This document shows, in pieces, positions 57,789 through 64,000 of a stretch of 64,000 nt of DNA. Position 1 is the first letter of the stretch. Every line of letters begins with the position of its first letter. The position numbers and the translations under genes were made by a program. The notes under the pieces are model-generated. The model was not told where the DNA came from and made no database searches. It saw nothing but the letters and a program-made list of their open reading frames with translations. This DNA comes from Patescibacteria group bacterium (GTDB lineage Bacteria > Patescibacteriota > Microgenomatia > UBA10105 > UBA927). Where the stretch lies: assembly GCA_023379025.1 (NCBI GenBank), contig JAMCTH010000009.1, positions 213,318 through 277,317 of the forward strand. Direction: 5' to 3'.

Positions 57789-58379
57789 ATGAATATTATT
57801 GTCGGCCTGGGGAATCCGGGAACAAAATTTGAGGGAACGCGCCATAATATCGGATTTATGGTTGTCGATCTGTTGGCGCGGGAGATTTCTTCTTCTCCGA
57901 CCCGATGGCAGTCGGATCGACAAACAGAATGTGAATTAGTCCGCATCGGTGACGTGATCCTCGTAAAACCGCAGGTGTTCATGAATAATTCAGGACTGGC
58001 AGTCGGGAAACTGGCCCGATATTACAAGACTTCGCCCGAACATATTTGGCTTATTCATGATGATATAGATTTGCCGCTTGGGAAGATCAGGATTCGCGAA
58101 AAAGGAGGAAGCGGCGGACACCATGGCGTCGCATCGGTCATGCACGCTTTGGGGAGCGACGCTTTTATCCGTTTTCGGCTTGGTATCGGAAGAGGGAAAG
58201 ACTATCCTTCAGCGTCCGGAGACCGTAATCTTCACCACCGGTCCGTCATCAATTTTGTCCTGTCGCGGTTCAAAGAACGTGAGGCCGGGAGCCTTAAACA
58301 TCTTGTGCACCGCGGTACCGAAGCGGTCAGAATGGCGCTGACGGAAGGGTTGGATCAGGCCATGAACCGGTATAATTAG
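57789..58379 (+). CDS. pth: Peptidyl-tRNA hydrolase
   Basis: VGLGNPG..TRHNIGF, KPQVFMNNSG, HDDID and GGHHG motifs. Confidence 0.95.
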   Translation: MNIIVGLGNPGTKFEGTRHNIGFMVVDLLAREISSSPTRWQSDRQTECELVRIGDVILVKPQVFMNNSGLAVGKLARYYKTSPEHIWLIHDDIDLPLGKIRIREKGGSGGHHGVASVMHALGSDAFIRFRLGIGRGKDYPSASGDRNLHHRSVINFVLSRFKEREAGSLKHLVHRGTEAVRMALTEGLDQAMNRYN

Positions 58380-58396
58380 CCGGACGGTCCGGAGCG

Positions 58397-58672
58397 GTGA
58401 CGGAGGAGCGTATGCAAAAGATTGCGCAGATTCTTACGGCATTTAATCCGCTGGAAGATAAATATATTTCCCGGGAGTTCCAGTCCTACGGAATCTACCT
58501 TGCTGAAACCCTCGGCGACTATAAACATAAAGCACTCTATATCCGTCTGGCAAAGACCGTCCCCCGGGCCGTACTTGAAAAAGCACTTTCGTTTGTGAAA
58601 GACAGCCAGGCGAAGAGCAAGGCAAAACTTTTTATGTGGAAGATGGCCAAATTAAAGAGAGGAGAGGAATAG
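58397..58672 (+). CDS. Hypothetical protein
   Basis: Compact basic ORF (EFQSYG..LAE..LYIRLAK...LFMWK). Confidence 0.7.
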   Translation: MTEERMQKIAQILTAFNPLEDKYISREFQSYGIYLAETLGDYKHKALYIRLAKTVPRAVLEKALSFVKDSQAKSKAKLFMWKMAKLKRGEE

Positions 58673-58680
58673 GGCTGAAC

Positions 58681-58800
58681 TAGAAATTCGTTGATGGAAC
58701 ATGGAAAGCTGTAAATACACAGGGGATTTTGATGACTGATTGTTATAACCAAGGTTCATTTTTCAAATTTCCAATTTCGATCAACTTATATCCATTTTCG
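58681..58800. repeat. Intergenic heptamer/inverted element, same family as 55408 and 61796
   Basis: gaaattcgttgatgg is the reverse complement of 61909-61923; aatttccaatttcgatcaac resembles 55475-55495. Confidence 0.75.
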
Positions 58801-58809
58801 CTTCACGCT

Positions 58810-59082
58810 ATGTCTCGGGTACACCTTATCATTTCCGGTCAGGTTCAGGGTGTGGGTTTTCGGTCCTGGGTCGGCCGGTTTGCGGAAAAGAAGACTCTGA
58901 CCGGGTGGGTCAGAAACCGCCAGGACGGCGCGGTCGAGATCGTTGCCGAAGGCGGGAAACAGGACCTTGATGCGCTTATTGTCGTTTGCCGCCGCGGCCC
59001 GGAGCCTGGCTGGGTGGACGACGTTTCCGTGCGGTGGTTATCAGCTACCGGGGAATTCCATGCGTTTGCCGTGCTATACTGA
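58810..59082 (+). CDS. acyP: Acylphosphatase
   Basis: GQVQGVGFR, GWVRN..DGAVE and GP motifs. Confidence 0.92.
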   Translation: MSRVHLIISGQVQGVGFRSWVGRFAEKKTLTGWVRNRQDGAVEIVAEGGKQDLDALIVVCRRGPEPGWVDDVSVRWLSATGEFHAFAVLY

Positions 59083-59113
59083 AAAGAAGGAGATATATTC
59101 CGAGAAACACGTT

Positions 59114-59578
59114 ATGGTACCAAAACTTCGCGCGCTTATAGAGAGGAAGCCGTTGGCTTTTCTGATCCTGAGTATCCTGTACCTTGCGCTTTTGGTGCTG
59201 TTCCGGTGGGGCGTGCATCCGACCGTTGAGATTCTCTGGTTCTTATGTGGCGGGATATTCGGGATCTATTTTCTGGATATTGCGGAGGTCTTTTTTTCTC
59301 TCAGACCTTCGCCGTTTCGATCGGTCTTTTTTGAAGCACCATTTGCGCTCGTCTGTGCATTTGTGGTGACTTCCTCCGGCAGTATGTTTGCCAGCGGGCT
59401 CGTGCTTTCCATTTTGGAAACGATATTGCTCTGGCAGGTGGGGGAGTGGCGTGTGACCGGCGCACTGAACGGTTGGTTTGCCTTGATGGCTGCTCCCGTA
59501 ACGCTGCGTGTCCAGCGATGGACCGTCATTATCTCTGTCATCCTGTTCTTTCTGATGAGCGTGTTGTTTGTCCGTTAA
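59114..59578 (+). CDS. Hypothetical multi-TM membrane protein
   Basis: About five hydrophobic helices; start placed at ATG 59114. Confidence 0.7.
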   Translation: MVPKLRALIERKPLAFLILSILYLALLVLFRWGVHPTVEILWFLCGGIFGIYFLDIAEVFFSLRPSPFRSVFFEAPFALVCAFVVTSSGSMFASGLVLSILETILLWQVGEWRVTGALNGWFALMAAPVTLRVQRWTVIISVILFFLMSVLFVR

Positions 59579-59583
59579 TCTCC

Positions 59584-60054
59584 ATGATCGCGTCCGAATC
59601 ACCGCTTTGGCACTACCTAAGTCCCCAGCAGCAGAGTCTTCTCAGGGACGGTTTTCATTTGTTGGAAGACAGAAAGCTTCACCCTACCGAGCGTTTGAGT
59701 GATTACTCCTATCTCGTATTCCCCTTTGCGAAAGCCTATGAAGGTTTTTTGAAACAATGGCTCCGAGATATCCGTATCATTACCGACCGCGACTATCACA
59801 GTGACCATTTCCGCGTCGGCAAAGTGCTCAGTCCGAACCTAGAGCGGCGGCTTGGCCCGAGAAGCGCATTCAGAGAGATAAAAGAGCGGTTCGGCGACGA
59901 TCTCGCGCTTCACGTATGGCAGACGTGGAAAGAGGCGCGAAACCTGGTGTTTCATTATTTTCCGCACAACTATCGGGCACTTACGTATGAGCAGGCGGAA
60001 AAGCTTACGACTCTTATCACCTTGACTATGGAAGCGTGTGTGAGTCTGAAGTAG
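59584..60054 (+). CDS. Stand-alone HEPN protein resembling the RnlA/LsoA C-terminal RNase domain
   Basis: DYSYLVFPFAKAYEGFLK and the R-x4-H motif RNLVFH. Confidence 0.7.
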   Translation: MIASESPLWHYLSPQQQSLLRDGFHLLEDRKLHPTERLSDYSYLVFPFAKAYEGFLKQWLRDIRIITDRDYHSDHFRVGKVLSPNLERRLGPRSAFREIKERFGDDLALHVWQTWKEARNLVFHYFPHNYRALTYEQAEKLTTLITLTMEACVSLK

Positions 60055-60114
60055 CTGGGCTTGTAAGAAGACTCACGTCTTGCATTGCCGGCTAAACCAC
60101 GCTATCGTAAAGCT

Positions 60115-60789
60115 ATGGCAAAAAAGGCCAAAACTGCCGCACGGAATACAACGACGGAGCCGGTGTACCAGTTGTGGGCCTGGATACTTCTCGTGTGGAG
60201 CCTGTACCGGTATTTTGCCCGCTTCCCCGAATGGGTAGACGAATTTATCTTTAAACCGCTGGTGTTTGTGGGACCGGTCCTCTGGTATGTCGGAAAGGTA
60301 GAGAAGCGGACGCTTGAATCCATAGGACTAACGACAAAAAATTTTTTTACCAACCTCTACATCGGCATCGGCATAGGGTTTCTTTTTGCCGTTGAAGGAA
60401 TTGCGGCAAATGCCCTCAAATACGGCCATGTACAGATTGTCCCGATTCAGGCGCTTCAACAATACGGCGTTGTCATGCTGCTTCTCCTGTCGGCGGCAAC
60501 CGCCTTTTCGGAGGAGCTCCTGAGCCGGGGTTTTGTCTTCAGGCGGCTTCTCGAGCGGACGAAGAATCTCCCGTTTGCCATAGGGATGTCTACCATCCTG
60601 TTTGTCCTGCTGCACATTCCGATTCTCGTAACGGCGCTGAATCTTCACGGTCCGACGCTTGTCCTCTTTTTTGTAACGGATTTTGTATTGGGATGTGCCA
60701 ACGCGCTCATGTTCTATAACACCGGGTCACTGGTTGCCCCGATCCTCATGCATGTATTCTGGAACATGACGGTTGCGCTGTATCTCTAA
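60115..60789 (+). CDS. CPBP (CAAX/Abi) intramembrane protease
   Basis: EELLSRG, FVLLH and HVFWN motifs. Confidence 0.88.
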   Translation: MAKKAKTAARNTTTEPVYQLWAWILLVWSLYRYFARFPEWVDEFIFKPLVFVGPVLWYVGKVEKRTLESIGLTTKNFFTNLYIGIGIGFLFAVEGIAANALKYGHVQIVPIQALQQYGVVMLLLLSAATAFSEELLSRGFVFRRLLERTKNLPFAIGMSTILFVLLHIPILVTALNLHGPTLVLFFVTDFVLGCANALMFYNTGSLVAPILMHVFWNMTVALYL

Positions 60790-60863
60790 CGTATTGCTTA
60801 CGTAAGAACACTATTCTTCCGGAGTAATTCCGAGGTATTTCCGACCAACGGAGTTTTTGAAGA

Positions 60864-61298
60864 TCAGGCAATCGTGTTTTTCAGAGATGTCAGATACGCC
60901 TCGAACTGCCGGAGCCCGTCGTTCCGATCAGAGAAAGGGATCTCATGTTTTATCGCCGGACACCCCCGGAGCATCCGTGATATTTTTTTCGAATTTTCGT
61001 ACAGAAGACACACGGGAATATTGTGCCGGTAGGCGTATTCAATCTCAATACCGGTGCCGGTTGAAGGTTCTCCGACATAAGCAACCATAATATCGCTGTC
61101 TGTCAGTTCCTGGATGTCTCTTTTGTATACATCTGCCGGGGTGACATTGGGGTTTTTGATGGGATCCGTTCCGTTGAGGAATGCCCAAAAATAGGAAAAG
61201 CCCGCCGTACGGGCAACATTCGCAAGTTTTACATAAAATGCTTTTGTATCATCCGGATTGCGAAGATCGGTCAGCGGACCGGCAAAAAATATTCTCAT
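60864..61298 (-). CDS. Nucleoside 2-deoxyribosyltransferase / DNPH1-like hydrolase
   Basis: IFFAGP, D...SDIMVA, PSTGTGIEIEYA and SRMLRG motifs. Confidence 0.8.
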   Translation of the reverse strand: MRIFFAGPLTDLRNPDDTKAFYVKLANVARTAGFSYFWAFLNGTDPIKNPNVTPADVYKRDIQELTDSDIMVAYVGEPSTGTGIEIEYAYRHNIPVCLLYENSKKISRMLRGCPAIKHEIPFSDRNDGLRQFEAYLTSLKNTIA

Positions 61299-61475
61299 AT
61301 GACTCCATAGAAACAAAGAAACGCCTGTCTGTCATGGCTGGCAGATCAGGGTTACCTAATATCCATAAGTATACACAATACCGTGGAGTTCGATCAAACG
61401 GCCCCTTTCAGAGCATTGGTAATCGTGGTACACTGATAGTCTCAGACAGGCAGAATACGGAAAGGAGAGCGTGCT

Positions 61476-61799
61476 ATGGCAGACATTACGGTGACCGACC
61501 AAAATTTTGATACCGAGGTCATACAAAGCGGCAAACCCGTGCTTGTGGATTTCTGGGCGGCGTGGTGCGGCCCGTGTCGGATGCAGAGTCCGATCCTCGA
61601 AGAGGTGGCCAAGACTCTGGACGGAAAAGCCACGATTGGTAAACTCAATGTTGATGATAACCCCGCCTCCGCCCAGCGGTTCGGCGTCATGAGCATTCCG
61701 ACCCTCATGATCTTCAAAAACGGCACGGTCGTCAAGCAATTTATCGGTGTGCAGAGCAAGGACACCCTGCTTGGAGAACTCAATAAGCTGATAAATTAA
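61476..61799 (+). CDS. trxA: Thioredoxin
   Basis: WCGPC; SIPT. Confidence 0.97.
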   Translation: MADITVTDQNFDTEVIQSGKPVLVDFWAAWCGPCRMQSPILEEVAKTLDGKATIGKLNVDDNPASAQRFGVMSIPTLMIFKNGTVVKQFIGVQSKDTLLGELNKLIN

Positions 61800-61932
61800 A
61801 TTAGAAAATCGTTGGTAGAAATTGGAAATTGGTACCCGAAGTCCGAAAATCGGAATTGGGAGTGAATCTTTTTTCCAGTTCCTATGTTCTGTTACGAATT
61901 TCTCTTCTCCATCAACGAATTTCCAACTTCTC
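61796..61932. repeat. Intergenic heptamer/inverted element between trxA and trxB
   Basis: tagaaaatcgttggtagaaattggaaattgg ... ccatcaacgaatttccaac. Confidence 0.75.
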
Positions 61933-61936
61933 TGGT

Positions 61937-62953
61937 ATGATTTATGACGTCATTATCATAGGCTCCGGGCCTTCCGGACTGACCGCGGGAATATACAGTA
62001 CCCGCTTGGGACTCCATCCGCTCATCATTGCCGGACAGACGTGGGGCGGCCAGCTTATGCTGACGACCGATGTGGAGAATTACCCCGGCTACCGGAAAAT
62101 CACCGGGCCGGAACTCATGCAGAAGATGCGTGATCAGGCAGAAGGACTCGGCGTGGAAATCGTCGACGCGGATTGTACGAGACTCGAGACAAAGGAACGG
62201 CCGTTTCATGTAGCCGTAGGGGACAAAATATTTGAAGGGAAAACGGTCATCGTTGCCACCGGTGCGGATACGCGCTGGCTGGATGTGCCAAACGAAGGAA
62301 AACTCCGGGGACGGGGCGTATCTTCCTGCGCTCCGTGCGATGCGTTTTTTTTCCGAGGCAAACCGGTTGCCGTGGTCGGCGGCGGAGACAGCGCCATGGA
62401 AGAAACCCAGGTGATCGCAAAAGTAAGCCCTGATGTGGTTCTCATACACCGGCGTGACGAATTCCGAGCGCAGCCGGCAATGGTGGCAAAAGTATCAGCC
62501 CTTCCGCAGGTAAAACTGCTGTATAACACGCGGGTCGTCGATGTTCTGGGGGACACGGTGCTTACGGGACTTTTGCTGGAAACGGGGACACTTTCTCCAA
62601 AACAGCAGGTTGGGAGCCTGCCGGAACTTGTGGCCAAATTCGGAGGGGAACAGAAAAGCGGGACGCAGTGGATTCTGCCGCGTTCCGGCGTCTTTGTCGC
62701 CATCGGCCTTATCCCCAATACGGACCGTTTTCCGGGACTTACGCTTGATGCCCATGGAAATATCGTCCGGTATGAGGAAAAAGACGGGCAGGGGATGCTT
62801 TCCTACTTTACGAAAACCAATATTCCCGGGGTATTTACCGCCGGAGATGTCCATGACGGACGGTATAAGCAGGCAATTACCGCCGCCGCATTCGGCTGTA
62901 TGGCTGCACTTGACGTGGCGCGGTGGTTGTCGGAAACCGATACACATACATGA
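61937..62953 (+). CDS. trxB: Thioredoxin reductase
   Basis: IIGSGPSG, VENYPG, CAPCD, GGGDSA, HRRD and AGD..QAITA motifs. Confidence 0.93.
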   Translation: MIYDVIIIGSGPSGLTAGIYSTRLGLHPLIIAGQTWGGQLMLTTDVENYPGYRKITGPELMQKMRDQAEGLGVEIVDADCTRLETKERPFHVAVGDKIFEGKTVIVATGADTRWLDVPNEGKLRGRGVSSCAPCDAFFFRGKPVAVVGGGDSAMEETQVIAKVSPDVVLIHRRDEFRAQPAMVAKVSALPQVKLLYNTRVVDVLGDTVLTGLLLETGTLSPKQQVGSLPELVAKFGGEQKSGTQWILPRSGVFVAIGLIPNTDRFPGLTLDAHGNIVRYEEKDGQGMLSYFTKTNIPGVFTAGDVHDGRYKQAITAAAFGCMAALDVARWLSETDTHT

Positions 62954-63654
62954 CGCCGCAACGCAATACCGGAACGGTTGATGCCGTTACCCATCTGGCA
63001 AGCACGTTTTATCTCGCGCGCTTCCGTATGAGTGATCCGGAGGCATTTACGTTTCGTGCCGGACAATATGTCATATTTCAGCTTCCTCCGCCGAAACTCC
63101 GACACACCATGTCCATTGCTTCGGACCCCAAAGACCGGGAACACATAGAGATTCTCCAGGGTGTTGTGCCCGGCGGTCTGGGGTCGGAATGGCTCTTACA
63201 TCTTCAACCCGGAGACCCGGTTTCTTTTCTCGGCCCGCTCGGGAAGTTTGCGGTTCAGAAAGAAAGCCCGAGAAAAAAAGTATTTGTTGCAACCGGCTGC
63301 GGGATCGCTCCGTTTCTGCCCATGATCGCCGATTACCATGAAAGCGGAGGCGGCGCCAGGACAATGCTCTATTGGGGACTGCGGCACGAGGAAGATATTT
63401 TTTGGAAGGATGAGTTTAACCGTCTTGCGGCTTCCTATCCGGCATTTTCGCATCTTCTCACGCTCTCGCGGCCCGGGGAAGGATGGACGGGGGCGCGGGG
63501 GAGGGTAACGGACTATGTCGTAGAGCGGGAGGAGAAGCCGGCCGAGTCCGAATATTATCTCTGCGGCAACAAGATGATGATTGCCGATATCCGCGCCGAG
63601 CTTGCCACGAGGAAGGTGGCCGCGGACCGGATCTTTACGGAAACGTTTTTTTGA
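62950..63654 (+). CDS. FAD/NAD(P)-binding oxidoreductase (FNR-like)
   Basis: FRAGQY, SIAS, GLGSEWL, ATGCGIAP, YLCG and ETF motifs. Confidence 0.87.
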   Translation: MTPQRNTGTVDAVTHLASTFYLARFRMSDPEAFTFRAGQYVIFQLPPPKLRHTMSIASDPKDREHIEILQGVVPGGLGSEWLLHLQPGDPVSFLGPLGKFAVQKESPRKKVFVATGCGIAPFLPMIADYHESGGGARTMLYWGLRHEEDIFWKDEFNRLAASYPAFSHLLTLSRPGEGWTGARGRVTDYVVEREEKPAESEYYLCGNKMMIADIRAELATRKVAADRIFTETFF

Positions 63655-63673
63655 GATATTTTGAGGGAATCCT

Positions 63674-64000
63674 ATGCATACCAATCCGTTTGAAGGAGCC
63701 ATGGAACAGTTGACCGCCGCGTCGCGCATTTTAGAAGCACGGACCCGGACAAAACGGGAGAAAGAAAGCCTGAAGCGTATCATCGACATTCTTCGGTATC
63801 CCGAGCGCGCGGTTACGGTGCACATCCCAGTCCGTATGGATAACGGAGAGACCCGAATTTTTGAAGGATATCGGGTGCAACACAATAATGTCCGTGGCCC
63901 GTATAAGGGTGGTACGCGATACCACCCGTCAGTCACACTCGATGAGGTGAAAGCGCTTGCGTTTTGGATGGTCATGAAACTTGCGGTGGTTAATGTGCGC
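63674..64000 (+). CDS. gdhA: Glu/Leu/Phe/Val dehydrogenase, 3'-truncated by the window edge
   Basis: VRMDNG...GYRVQHNNVRGPYKGGTRYHP...EVKALAFWM. Not in the ORF track because it has no stop in the window. Confidence 0.88.
   Translation, partial: MHTNPFEGAMEQLTAASRILEARTRTKREKESLKRIIDILRYPERAVTVHIPVRMDNGETRIFEGYRVQHNNVRGPYKGGTRYHPSVTLDEVKALAFWMVMKLAVVNVR

Overview
Gene-dense chromosomal segment of a bacterium. The gene set (DUF4012-, DUF5667-, DUF5652- and DUF5654-like proteins, archaeal-type Cmk and PyrH, ATP-dependent ligase, class II RNR) suggests Patescibacteria/CPR, probably Microgenomates; this is an inference. Most genes are housekeeping: rplY, nth, epmA-efp, guaA, nrdR-nrdJ(intein)-pduO, trpS, ftsH, recF, pth, trxAB and gdhA. 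Main non-routine observations: (1) An integrase-free, AT-rich array at 29.5-32.9 kb is anchored on the 3' end of an initiator tRNA. It contains four gap-free 32-bp repeats reading LRG-x4-RTY and two tRNA-tail modules, which separate cargo genes that are mostly truncated. (2) A compact cobalamin riboswitch overlaps the pduO stop codon, downstream of the B12 genes rather than upstream. (3) Palindromic and 7/8-nt periodic repeat elements are common, and several sit in frame inside enzymes (EpmA, Idi, NnrD, 5'-3' exonuclease, GT4, EndoQ). (4) A divergent AT-rich gene pair encodes a double ATP-grasp/phospho-His PPDK-like protein and a HEAT-repeat nucleotidyltransferase. (5) There is a tRNA-Ile(UAU), a non-canonical initiator tRNA, and many apparently leaderless genes. 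All calls come from reading motifs; no database searches were run.
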